NCBI GenBank assembly: GCA_035084275.1
Contig: CM068745.1
Coordinates: 1,674,001-1,738,000 of the forward strand
Direction of reading: 5' to 3'
Length of the DNA: 64,000 bases
Origin: Hydrolagus colliei
Lineage: Eukaryota
Under the pieces are notes generated by a model. The model worked only from the letters and a program-made list of their open reading frames with translations. It was not told the DNA's origin and did not search any database. This document shows, piece after piece, positions 1 through 12,879 of the stretch (the first letter of the stretch is position 1; each line of letters begins with the position of its first letter). Position numbers and translations under genes: made by a program.

Positions 1-56
1 ACAATCCAATCTCCAGTGTCATTTCGACCCAATCACCTCTTATTAATGTTGTGGAT

Positions 57-155
57 CTCCTGTAGCTCAGTGGTTAGAGCGCTCGCCTTACAAGCGTGAG
101 ACCTGTGTTCAAATCCAGGCAAATCAGGGCGAAACCTTGGGCAAGTTTCCTTACT

Positions 156-188
<33 letters not shown>

Positions 189-255
189 CTAATAACAATC
201 CCACTAAACAAAAACACTATCATAAAAATTGGTCATTTCAATCCACGACTGGCTG
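57..255 (+). mobile_element. tRNA-headed Deu-type SINE, 5' part, with (CA)n expansion
   Basis: ctcctgtagctcagtggttagagcgctcg (A box)...gttcaaatcc (B box)...ttgggcaagtttccttactccacac. Confidence 0.85.
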
Positions 256-1239
256 ATCTGTAACTCGACTAATTTTGTGAGTCAATCGCAAAGAATGGAC
301 TCCCACCCTTGCTCCACCTTTATTTATACCCTTGCTGTTCACCCCCAGTGGCCAGTGGCTCCCACATGTGGCCACTTTGCAGTGCAGGCACTTCCACGCG
401 GTTGAACAAAGTTGTGTTTCGCATTTTGAATGTCGACTGTAAAACCCACTGGCTTTGTGTGATGTGACCCACATGTTCTCTGTGCATGTGATAGTGTAGC
501 TTTATGGTCATTATTATACACACGTCGCATCACTCTGTTTGGTCTTGATTGGTCGGATGCTATGAGACATAACAATGCCTTTCCCTTATGTGTTGGCAGT
601 CAGTCAATTCATTGAGAAATGTGCTGCGGCTTATTCGCAGTGCCAGAAAAGCATGTGTAGCTGTTTCGTCAATGAATCCTTCTATCGTGCTTGCAGTCCA
701 TTATAGTTTTTATTTTTTTTGTTTAAATGCTCTCATACCTCTGCTTTGCTTTGAGCATGTGGTGCTGTAATCTGGTCTTTGTCAGGAAACATGACAAAGT
801 GTTAAGGAACTCATTCTCAGATCGAAACATGTCTTCTATGAGTTGGTGTGGGTAACCAGAAACTATGTATATTTATATCCGGGTAAAATGCTATTATATG
901 ATTAGTTCTTCTGCCCAGCATTGGAATCAGGAGTTCAATAGTTTATCTGCAGTGTGTATAAACTATGGACTATTTAGCACCAGAACCCCAACAGTGGGAT
1001 GGCGAGAGGGACATTGAGGTCTATCTGATTCCGAGAAAGCACATTGCGCAAAGCAGTGCTGTACAAGCCAAATGGACAAGCTGTCACGACTGTGGTCACT
1101 GAGAGACAGAAATTGCCATTTCTTAATTTAAAAAAAGACTCGTTGTAGATACAATACACACAGAACATCGCACGTGTAGTGCCCTGATCACAGTGTTGAA
1201 CCATTATAAAATCCTCCACAGAAATCACTGTAAAGCAGA

Positions 1240-1420
1240 CTGTGGATTTGTCTTTCTCTTTGATCGTGCCTTCTGCCACCCTCCCAACTCTCTCTCTCCC
1301 CCCCCTCCCCTCCCCTCCCCTCTGCCTCCATCTTGCTCGGGTCCCAAACTGACTATTCAGCGCTTTAGGATGTCCTCCCGATGTGAGAGGAGCTGTGTAC
1401 ATGTCATTTTGTTGTTGATG
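1240..1420 (+). mobile_element. L2 LINE 3' end
   Basis: ctttgatcgtgccttctgccac...cagcgctttaggatgtcctcccgatgtga...ttgttgttg tail. Confidence 0.75.
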
Positions 1421-1488
1421 TGAGCAAAGCAGCCCACATTTACACACAGCAATTTCCTTCAAACATGAAGTGCTGAATGATTTGTGAT

Positions 1489-1840
1489 GGAGTCCTGTGG
1501 CTCAGTGGTTAGAGCATTCACCTTACAAGCGTGAGACCTGTGTTCAAATTCAGTCAGGGCATAAACCTTGGGCAAGTTTCCTTTACTCCGCACGCCTGAG
1601 AATAATCCCCCCCGCAAAAAACTATAAAAAAAACATTGTTCATTTCAATCCATGACTGTCTGTGGGACACTGCTGTGCGCAATTGGCTGCCGTGTTTCAC
1701 CCACAAATACATAACAACAAAACAAAATTACATTTATAGAGCGCCTTTCACATCGGGAATCAATTCACTTTACAGCGTATTCTGAGACGTCTAGAAGACA
1801 AGAAAAGCGCTAGATCAAGTGCAAGGATTATTATTATTAT
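1489..1840 (+). mobile_element. tRNA-headed Deu-type SINE, near full length
   Basis: tRNA head, central tgtgggacactgctgtgcgcaattggctgcc core, gcaaggattattattattat tail. Confidence 0.88.
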
Positions 1841-2874
1841 GATAGTTTTTTTTAAATGTGATTGTATCTTTGAAATTGTTCAAATACATTTTTAGGTAAA
1901 TATTAGCAGATATTGTGGCAACAACGCTTGCTGGATAATATACAACCGCACTCGATAACCCCCCAGAAGTGGCCCCATGAAGATGCTTCCACTAATTTTT
2001 CTGCAATATGACACTGCTCTGCTAAAGACAAGTTTCCAGCAGGGGTCATGCTCCAGAATTGTTGTGGTAATTGTTGCTCATTCGCGTTACCAGTAATACA
2101 GCACTCGCACCATGTGAATGATAATCACTACCAAAGGCTATCGAATTGTGAGTCAAGAACGCACTTTGAATAAGCAACCCATAGGGGATCACTCTGGGAT
2201 TGCATCATCGGTCTTTCGTTGGTGGAAGTATAACTCCTGCCTGTAATTGCTCAACAATCTGGCTCTTGCAAAAGATCGTCAGTCACAAATCCTTATCAGT
2301 GCCAACCGTATTTGCTGGTGTGTTTCCAGCAGGGGCCGGCTTCACAATACCGTGAAGCTTGTCTGCAGGCAGTACTCTGCGCTTGAGAAACTTGTATGAC
2401 AAGAGCAGTTTTAATCGGCGAGATTGCCAAAGGATGGCATCAAATGGTGACAACATACTATCCTACAGGGATGGATTAGGAAGATTAAAGGAATGAATGA
2501 ATCCACCTGCGCTTTCTTTATCTTATTAATTTCTGTCACGATGTTGCGCAGGTGCACAGCCGTAGGCCGTGGCTCTTTGGCCCGAGACGAGAAGGAGGAA
2601 AAAATGCAGAGTGCGATATTATCAAAATGTGACATAAAAGGAAAATATACGTGTTATATCCAGCAGAGGATAGTCAAAGTAATACACTTCATCTGCTTGA
2701 AGAAATAGGGCAACATTGCTTTATACTCCCTAAATAAGGTCAATTTGTTTAAACACAGCTTTCATTGTCTAGCAACATAATCTTTTCACTTGCTCATGTT
2801 CTTTCAAGTTTCCTCGGACTAAACTTTTTGATTAAAGCCAACCACATATTCTGGTGAAAAGAACAGTAGGCGTT

Positions 2875-3125
2875 CAACAACAACAACAACAAAATGACAT
2901 TTATAGAGAGCGTTTCACGTCGGGAGGACGTCCCAAGGCGCTGAACAGTCAGGTCAGGACCCGAGCGGGGGAGAGGGGGAGAGAGTTGGGAGGGGAGGGA
3001 GAGAGTTGGGAGGGGAGGGAGAGAGTTTGGAGGGGAAGGGAGAGAGTTGGGAAGGGAGGGAGAGAGTTGGGAGGGCAGCAGAAGGCACGGTCGAAGAGGA
3101 GGGTCTTGAGACCGGCCTTGAATAA
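2875..3125 (-). mobile_element. L2 LINE 3' end with an internal ~21-bp gggagagagttgggagggga expansion
   Basis: (caa)n tail; FKAGLKTLLFDRAF on the minus strand. Confidence 0.82.
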
Positions 3126-3339
3126 ATGAAGTACGACATGTTCATGTGTTGTATTCATGAAGTTGAAGGTGGAGAAGTCTGCAAAGAATAAAGCTCAGTT
3201 ATTGGACGTTCTCAGAAAATTCTTATGGTTATTAACCATTCATCATTCAATCATCAATATGATTCTGAATGACTTCAGTGAAGGTAGAACACAGAGCCCA
3301 GCGTGTTGACCGATATTCCACGGCAGTGCTAAAGGAACG

Positions 3340-3645
3340 CAGCGTTGTTGGAGGTGCCAATGATTTGGATGAGACATTAAAGCAACATCCTGTCTGTCTG
3401 TGTTCTGGGGGTGGCACTACTTGAAAAGAGAAGGGAGTATCTGCCAGTGCACTTGTCAACAACTCCCAGTAAAGTTGCTTACTCATTTCATGGCTGTTTG
3501 TGGGGCATTTCTGTGTGCAAATTGGCTGCAATGTTTGTGTAGAGAATACAGTCATTACACTTTAAGGTACATCCTGCGAAACGCAGTACTTTGAGATGTC
3601 CTCCCAACTTGAGGTGCTATATCAAATGTAAAGATTATTATTATT
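3340..3645 (+). mobile_element. Older SacSINE1/AmnSINE-like Deu-domain SINE (similar relics near 8870-9090, 9255-9397, 21810-21945, 49210-49430)
   Basis: ggatgagacattaaa...cactacttgaaaagagaagggag...gctgtttgtgggg...tgtgtgcaaattggctgc. Confidence 0.65.
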
Positions 3646-6062
3646 TGTTACAATATTGATGTATCTGCAGAGAACCCAGATTAAATGTACATTAGTTCAT
3701 CTGAAAAATGCCAATCTTTTGTCTTTTTGACAAATTGTCATTCCCCAAATTATCGCATTGGCCTGTTAGTTACTGCAGACTGTTGCCTTTTATGTGGTTG
3801 ATCAGATTGAAATAGATAATGTGGTTGGGTCCTTGTACTTCTGAAGAAATTACCAGAATTTAATCATTTTGGAGGGAAATCTGTTCAAACGCCTGTACAC
3901 ACGCTGTAAAATAAGGCGATTCAAAAATAAGGAGATTTGACGGCAGATTTAGCTTTGAAGAATAATTATATAATCCAGTGTCTAGTACCAATATGGGCAC
4001 ATTCTCTCTGAGAACGGTAAATGGTGGTGAGAAGCGTACGTTTATGAACTACTGCAGCAGAATTTACAAGAGTAAGCCAGAGAACCTGTCAAAAGGGAGA
4101 ACAAAAAAGGGATCAACGAGGAACTAAAATCATTCTTTTGCCGTAGGGGATAAACACAAACGGGATGGAAGTCATTTTAGAATTGAGAAGAAAATGTCAC
4201 AGTCTCCACAAGCCAGAATTTCTTGTAGAGATATGCAAGCCGCAAATATAGAAGAATGTATGAAAATGGACCCTGTGTGTAGCCAGGGGGGAATGAGTCT
4301 CTGGTGCAGAAACAGGGTGTAGTCTGTGCAAGAATATTTCAATTGCAGGTGGTGCAGAATAGTATCACCACAAAAGATTCTGGTATTCTTTAACCCAGAG
4401 CTAGGAAACAGCTAGGAAAATATGAAAATAGAGCTAACCACAGCAGTTTCTATTTTTCCTGAGACAGCATAGAGGCAACAGTTCTATCAAGTTTCCTCGG
4501 ACTAAACTATTTTGATCAAAGCCAACCACATTTTCTGGTGAAAAGAATATTAGGAGTAGATAAAAGTATGACAGTGGAGTGTGGCGAATAGACCTATAAT
4601 TGTCTAAGGAAAGGGAATAATACTTCTCTTGTGGGGCTGAAATGGCTGGAGAAGAACAGCCTGAACTGTGAGGAAATTACCATGGCAAAGACTGCAGATA
4701 CAGCAGAAAGGAGACAACATGATTTTTAAGGAAGGTTTTAAGTTTGCTTAAGAGATCAAGCCTATTTTGGTAGGGGAATAGGGAAGAATTTGAATCGAGG
4801 AATGAAAGAAGACACGTGATAGGAAGAAATAGATTTCTCCTTTATTCTTGTTGAGAAATAAAAAGTGTTTTTTTTGTCTCTATTGTTCGAATGAGTGTGT
4901 GTATAGGTGTGTGGAGGCAACGAGTGGGAAGGTGGTGGGGAAGCAGATCAGATATGTAGGGGGGGTGCAAAGGCATGAAGAGATTTGAAAATGAGTGGTC
5001 TTCCAAGTCGATTCATTTGGTAATTGGGAGCCAGTGGAATCTGACAAGAACTAGTGTGGTGAAGGTACGGAGTTTTGTGTGGGTGCGTAGCCGAGTGGAT
5101 AAATAATCCCACAAGGGAAATAAATCTGTGATATTCCTTATGTATTGTTGCAAACTTCATCTCACGGTATCTTATTAGGTAATATGGTCTTCACCACTGG
5201 TCCATCACTCTCTAAGAATATTTGCCGCTACTGCTAACTGCAGAATATAGACTTCAAAGTGCCTTTTGCACCTAGAAAAATGAATTTTGCTTATTTGTTT
5301 TAGTTCTACAGTGTGATTGATAATTCTCTAGGAGGAAATCATATACTGTTGGCTTGTAATGGACCAATGAACCTGTGGAGAGCCAAGCCTGATCCGGTTT
5401 GCTCTTTGATGCCCGTACTGTACATGCAACCAACAGTCAAGAGGTTAAACATAGTGTATCACAATGATTGCAAAAATATGAAATCAAACAGAGTGAAGAA
5501 GCCTTCTTCATCCAAACCTCTTTGTGATTCTTGTTGCTTCTCATCGGCCAAGTAAGAGGTCACCCAACAATGAACAATAGCCTGCTGATGAATGCATGAG
5601 GCATAAAAACTGCCGTGACCCAATAATGAGATCTCTGAGGGAATAAAGTCCAATTTTGAGGTTTAGATCATTCAGATGTAATTATTTCTTGGGAAATAGG
5701 AGACTGGGTAACTTAATATTAGAATACAGCCCTTTCGTTTCACCTTTGGAACAGAATCTTGAATCTGCTTTGTGTCTGCTGCTCATGTGAAGAGCTTTCA
5801 TATCCTCAGCGTAGACCGATATGATGAACCGGTTCACAGTTAGTCATAAATAGCCATCAATATGATTTTCTCAGTCACAATCCACATGGATGGGAAATAT
5901 AATGGCAGAATATACTGATAGTTCAGTAAGCAGTTGAAATGAGATGATGTTAGGATGAGTTTTACTCAGAGATTTATCCAGGATACACCTGACTTGAAAC
6001 GGTTTGTTGTTTGTGTTGGGTGAAAAATGCAAAAGACACAGTAAATACAGGTGCTGCATATA

Positions 6063-6362
6063 AAATAATCCTTGCATTTGATTTAGTGCTTTTCACATCT
6101 TCTAGACGTCTCAAAGCGCTTCACAGAATACACTGTAAAGTGAATTGATCGTATATTTGTGAGTGAAAAGTGACAGCCAATTGCGCACATCAGTGTCCCA
6201 CAAACAGTCGTGGGTTGAAATGATCAATTTATTATTGTTTTCTTTCTTGTGCGATTATTATGTGGAGTAAGGAAATGTGCCCAAGGTTTCGCGCTGCCTG
6301 GAATCAAACCCAGGTCTCTTGCTTGTAAGCCGAGTGCTCTAACAATTAAGCTACAGGACTTC
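6063..6362 (-). mobile_element. tRNA-headed Deu-type SINE, full length
   Basis: Reverse-complement head, core and tail. Confidence 0.9.
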
Positions 6363-9300
6363 ATATATATGCACGTATATATATATATATATATCTATAT
6401 ATATATATGCTGTATTGTGTATATATGGCAAACAGATCAATATACTTCTTGCATATGGCCATCTCTTCTCGTATTTCAATCAGTTAGAATACATATGATT
6501 AAAGCTACAGCCCAGTAGCATGTAAAAGGGAAAGCTATGGGTGTGTCGTATTCTGGTGGAAATCTGAATTCAATTGTAAGCACATTCAAGGCTGATACAT
6601 GTTTGTGTGTAGATTTTTACTGGTTACATGTCTCTGGCTTCGTCACAGCTTTATTTTTGATCAATCCCAGCACATTAGACATTTCTTTCCTCGTGAGTTA
6701 ATATAGTTTATGTGGCTCCCCCTCTCCCCATTGTAAATCAGATTGTATTTCACTGCAGAGTGAGCTAGTATTACAGTTGACCACAGCTGGTCTGCGCAGA
6801 CCAATGGCTTCATTCCAAGTGGTTTCCTCATCAGTCGGGTCATTTGATGGAGGTTGTTACATTACCTCATTGCTGCTTTCTGAGGCCTGTTGAATGCACA
6901 ATCTGGCACAGATACGGTGATGTACACTCTCTGTTCTCCTTCGACTACCATTGTAAAGGTTTGAGGAAAATAACAGCGTAAAGTAATAGAACCAAAATAT
7001 TTGTTACCTTAAAAAGCGGAAATCTAAGGGAGATTCAGCAATTTTAAGTGGGTGCAGTGTGTCTAATATTATTTATTACATTTATGCAAAGTGTATTTTA
7101 AATAAAAGGTTGGAAAACTATATTTAAAAAAAACTATTTCCAAAACTGATGTATGTGGTGGTTACACAGGTTTTCAAAATGTAAAATCCCTCTAAACCTT
7201 TACTGTACTGTTACAGCCAGTGTAATTACCAGCATTACAGAAACTGCCCAGGATGTAATGTGAAGTGTTCATGCTGCAAACTCAACTATTTTGAGCAGTC
7301 TGAGTCTGGTCTTGTTCCTTTTTTCCCCCTCTGATTATACAATAGACTGCATTACTAATATAACCCATTCCTTTCTTTACTTTGTCTTTTGTTACTGAGA
7401 TTCAAGATATATTATCTGGTTATAAAACCATCTAAATATAATTAAAATCTTGCAATTTTGCTCTTGGTCATCCAGGTTGGATTTATTTAATGAAAAAAGC
7501 TGTAGCTCTCAATTGCTGTTGACATAATCAGTGCAGACCGAGTTATTCTGGTTAGAAACTATTTTTGTCCATCACATTGTGATCCAATGTGTATTACGAA
7601 GTTGCATTGTCTAGCTTCAAGGTGCCTGATTCAGTATGTTTTTATATTGTTAATGTATCAAGACTAAAACATATACCAGATTTCACTAACGAGAGCTACT
7701 AAGTTAGATCTTGGGAGTACTGTACTGGGATTCCTAGGTTTTATACTGCAGCTAATAAGAGCCTTGTCCTGGTGTCCGTTGTATGAGAGGGACAGAGTTC
7801 AGCGGCACCATTAGCGAGCCTCACAAGGTCAATATAAGGAGCAATGCAGTTCTTCTTTTGAAAAATAAACTGCAGATGGGAAAGTTGTTTTTACATGGCA
7901 AGTTGGAATACTGCCATCTTGTGGGAGCACTGATGTTATATTTATTGGGTTGGGCTTTTTTCTGTATTTGATAATACACAACATTTTGCTGATTTTGCAT
8001 TCATTCCCCCTTCATTGGTTAATTTTTGGTTAACTGCCACAAGTTAAAACCATGTGTAAACAATGTGTAATTGTTCCCCAGTGGTTGGGATATTTAATAT
8101 TGCTTCACTTATTATTGTAGGATTTATAACCATTGTACATTTAACACCACAAAAAACTTTTATAGTGCCCTCCAACGCTGGGTAGCATCTCAGTGGTGTT
8201 GCCTGACCCTGAAGCCTGGAGGGATCTGGGGAAGGAGATGGTGGGGGGGTGAGGTGACCATAATCGAGGGAGAGTCTTCCACAGTCTGTGAGCTAAACTA
8301 CCAATGGTGGAGTGGAGCTTATTAGCAGGAGGCTAGGGTCAGTCGAGTAGCGGAGCCCAGGTGGTAGATTGAGGAGTGAGAGGGTCAGAGAGGTGAGAAG
8401 ATGCCAGACAGTGAAACAATACAACATTTAAGACACTGAATTACTCAGCATGTATTTCACAATAGCCTAGCCAGAACTGGATGGCCACCCAACTACTTCC
8501 TCAAGGCATCTTTTATCACCTCCAGCCATTTATCACTCATTACTTTAAAGTAAATTCCCATCAGCCCATACAAATGTTCATGTAAGCTGTTTATATTTCA
8601 CAATATTGTCTTTCGTGTCTGTAGCATAATGCTGAGATCAAAACTACTACAGCCTTGCTATTGTGGGCTATGATACTGAAGCACAGTTGGCTTGCAACAT
8701 TTTTCAGTGGAATTTTCTACTTTAGTCATCCTGATTTGATGGCAAAACACATAAGCCAGACAATGTTATGACACTCGTCCTTTATACAAATATGAAACCT
8801 GTCATATTGGCCATTCCATAGAATCATAAAAATAATAATCATGGCATTCAATACATCACCTTGTTCTTTGGGAAGGACATCTAAAAACACTTCACAGGAT
8901 TTTTATTGTGAAATGGAGTAAGAGTAATTATAGTTGAAAGCAGCAGCCCAATTACACAAAGCATTGTCTCTCAAACAGCCATGAGATGAATGACCAATTT
9001 TATTTTGAGAATTGTTGGCCAGGACACCATGAGAAACTCCCTCTCTTTTCAAGTAGTTCCAAAGGATCTTTAATGTCCATCTGAACAGACAGTAGAAAAA
9101 TATACCTCCACCCAATTGGTCTCATTTCCAGTTCCTGTTTAAAATAAACAAAGATAGGGGATGATGTTACCTAAAAGTGTTTTTTTTCCCCAAAAAAACT
9201 CATTATTTTACTCTTATCTGACAAGGAATTTTATGCCCTAAGTTATAATGAATAAAATTGGTCATTCACATTACTATGTGCAAATTGGTTGCCTACAAAT

Positions 9301-9515
9301 ACATAGACATTACACTTAAGAGTATATCCTGTGAAATACTTTGAGACATTCCCCCCCAACGTGAATGGTGCTATACTGAATGTAAGGATTATTATATTGC
9401 ACTTGGGTTGGCTTCGTTAGATATCAGATATCTGACTATAATTGGGTCCCTCCAGAGAATGGAATTCTCTATAGTTTTTTTAGATAACCAGCAATATGAT
9501 GGATTCTGCGAGTAT

Positions 9516-9730
9516 CAGATCATAGAATCATAGAATATTACAGCACAGATAGTGTCTATTTGGTCCATTGTCCCTGTGCCTGTGCCAGATCTTTATAAGA
9601 GCCACCCAATGAGTCCCATTACCCCGCTCTTTCCCTGCATCCTTGCAAGTTTTCCTTTTTAAGTACATTTTTAATTGCCTTTGGAAAGCTGTTATTGGAT
9701 CTGTTTCCAGCACCATTTCAGGCAGTTCCA
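9516..9730 (-). mobile_element. Degraded CR1 3' end
   Basis: catagaatcatagaat tail; translated LPEMVLETDPITAFQRQLKMYL. Confidence 0.75.
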
Positions 9731-11432
9731 CGGTTCTGAATTATCTTAACACTTAGGGCAAATTGGCCTTTCAGCCTATTGCGAGGAGAGACTTTGAGCT
9801 TCAGAATTTCCTGGTAATATATTGCAGTGATTTCATATTAATCTCATACGAATGCTGACACACACTTGCCTTTGATTTGAATATCTTCACAAATCAATGG
9901 TATGAAATGAATTTGGCAACTTCCCAACTTCACATTGCCAGACAATTGAAGCAACCAAAGAAGAACCAAAGCTGAACACAATAGTGTATGTTACACAAAT
10001 ATAACACACAGCCTAGTCTTTCATGTATTTTTATTCGGCAAGTTTGGGTAATACTTTCAATGTGACTCCACATATGGTAACCCTTCAATCATATCCAGGT
10101 CAGCATTGGAATTATTTCTGGATCTCCTGGTGGGAATTCTCCTTTGAAATAATTTCAGATATGTATTCTTCTATACATGAGATAGTGATTTTCTATATGA
10201 TAAATCTTTATTAAAAATGAGCCCAAGCCTACATCACAACCTGGATTTCGTGAGATCAGCCTAAATGGGCAGGAAAGAACATTGAAGAATGTTGAACGAA
10301 TGACTAGTTACTGTCAATTTTGTTCACCAGCGTTTGAAAAACACCACAGACTAGAAATGTAAGAAAACATATTTCAAACGAGCAAGCAATTCACCATCAG
10401 AGTGAATACCAGATACCCCTTAGGGATGCAGTCTTATAGTCCAGATAATGAAGAGCCAATAACATTCTCACTTGGTCGTTTCTCTAATCGCTTATATCAT
10501 TTCAAATCCCTCCTAATGGATAACACTGTGGTTCACTGAACGCTGCCAGTTGAAACAATGCAATTGTCAATGGGATTTGCTTCCTTTCCCACGAATATGT
10601 ATCTCAATGTTCAGAAAAGTGACATATTCCTTTGGCAGCAGTGACCTGGAATAACCCGCTCGGAGGTGTGAATTAACCACCAACAAAGCCACCGGTTTGG
10701 TTTCCCTTCCCTGTACGTCAGTGACATGCCCATCTGCACTCAATTTCCCAATACTGGCCATGGATGTGGTTGGAAATTTGCTGTACTGACTAATGTAGTG
10801 TCATTGCAGATATTATTATCCAAACTGCAAAATAAAAATACATGAAAAATATGATGTGAGCTAGATAGTTAATATGAAAATGGCCAGACCAGCACAATGC
10901 AAATACAATACAGCTGTTAACAGCAACAACTTGTAGTTACGTAGCTCTTCATATAAGATCAATGCCTTGAAGCTCTTCACAACAATGATAGGACCATTGA
11001 ATAGGGAGGAAAGGAAGGTGAGATATGTGTTCATAGAGTATTAAATGAGAGTTTGTCAGCCTGTATCAAAAACAATGTTCAAATACATTTTGTGTTGTTG
11101 ATGTGTTCTTCAATATGTATTTACAGTATTTACAAGGCTGTTCTTTTTAAGAAATGTGGAAAACTGCCTTCTGAGACTGAGTTTAAGAATCTTTCACAAT
11201 GCTGCAGGAATTTAACATACATATTAATTGTATAACATTTGTGTCAGTCCTTACTTCACCGCAGGGTCACAAACATAAACCAACCCTTACATAAGGCAAT
11301 ATTAAAATAGTATTCTAGGGCACCGCTGATGACAGTTCGTCGGTAGGATTTGGAGGGACAGACCAGCCACTGGGAACACAGATCCTTATGGTAGTTCATT
11401 ATTTTGTATGCAACACACAATTCTTCAGTCAT

Positions 11433-11708
11433 ATAATAATAATAATCCTTACATTTGATATAGCACTTTTCATATCTTCTAGACGTCTCAAAACGCTTCA
11501 CAGTATATACTGTAAACTGAATTGACTGTATATTTGTGGGCAAAAAACAGGGCAGCCAATTGCACACAGCAGTGTCACACAAATAGTCGTGGATTGAAAT
11601 GACCAATTTATTACAGTTTTTTTGAGGGATTATTATTAGGTGTGTGGAGTAAGGAAACTTGCCCAAGGTTTCCCCCTGACCTGGATTCGAATACAGGTCT
11701 CACTTTCG
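11433..11708 (-). mobile_element. Deu-type SINE
   Basis: (taa)n tail, core, partial head. Confidence 0.88.
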
Positions 11709-12132
11709 TAATCCTTATGGATTTGGGCTTCTAATGACTGGAAATCCTAATGGGTAGAGTGGTCCAAGCTGGGCAAGTTTGCCAGACAGTCTCTCAATGG
11801 CAAGATATGTGCTTTTGGTCGATTAGACTTCTGCAGTACGTCAACCACACTCTCTGGGATCCCAGAAGCTTATCTCTTCCGAGCTGCTGCTTAATACTCT
11901 CCAGAATTAAGTGAGCAAGGAGAGAGCATGAATTTCATTTCCAACATACTAGAATTTCCATGTGTAGGTGAGATGAATGGAACTCTCATTTGGGCTCAGC
12001 TACCCTTAACCATGGTGATGGCTTTGCGCACATGTATCAGATACCCAGCTTATCAAAAGAAAAATTATTTCACAGGCTAAGACCAAAGGGAAGTTCTAGA
12101 TATTATAACAATGTATACTTGAGCATATGTAC

Positions 12133-12163
<31 letters not shown>

Positions 12164-12879
12164 TGCAGGAGAAATGTGTTAATCTGCATCAATAACTTTG
12201 CACAAAATGTTTGCACAAAAAAGGAATGCCTGGAATTTTGCAAACCAGCTTCCCTGTTGTTGACTGTAATCATTCAATTAATAGATTCAGGCACATTGAA
12301 CAAAGACATTCCCCGGAAACTGACTTCAGATATTTCCTCAAACCTGCCATGGTAAATATCTGGGTTAATCATCTTCCAGGCTTGTGTTCTCCTCACACAG
12401 AGGTGTGGAATTTTTATGTGGGGGGATAGGTTAACTTTATGCTGCAAATACTTGTCCACTGTGTGTTTCTTACCCTGATCTGAAATCAGTGACCAGTGTC
12501 AATAACTAACAGGTTCAGACAATGTCAACTTGCCTCGCTCATTTTAACATTTTGAATCTTCATAGTTTCTACATCCCCAATATCCCTTAATAACCTTGTG
12601 AGCATGCGTTAATGGGCACCTCATCCCCTGAAGAAACAACAAAAATTCCCATGATGTGTGTCTCACCATTGCAAAATATAGTACTTTATCAAAAGACCAC
12701 ATCTAACTTAATCAGTCTTACATTTAAGTTTCCCGTGTGCATTCCGATACTCTGTGTGGGAGGGATTGTCTGAATAATATGATTCATTCAAGCGATGCTG
12801 TCTGTTTCCAACCTGACACTAAATTATATTAAGTTGTTGAAGGTTTTGCTGCTTGTTAACAGAGGCATCAACTTTTTTT

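Noticed and set aside
57-135. tRNA-like sequence (also at other SINE heads)
   Set aside because: Continues directly into SINE body sequence in many copies; not a stand-alone tRNA gene
974-2708. Short ORFs and CpG-containing unique sequence as exons of an upstream gene
   Set aside because: No recognisable protein motifs or consistent splice-site chain; the largest ORF overlaps an L2 tail
5585-5612. Second hammerhead-like string CTGATGA-ATGC..GCAT-AAAAAC
   Set aside because: Lacks the essential G12 of GAAA, and no stem I pairing was found
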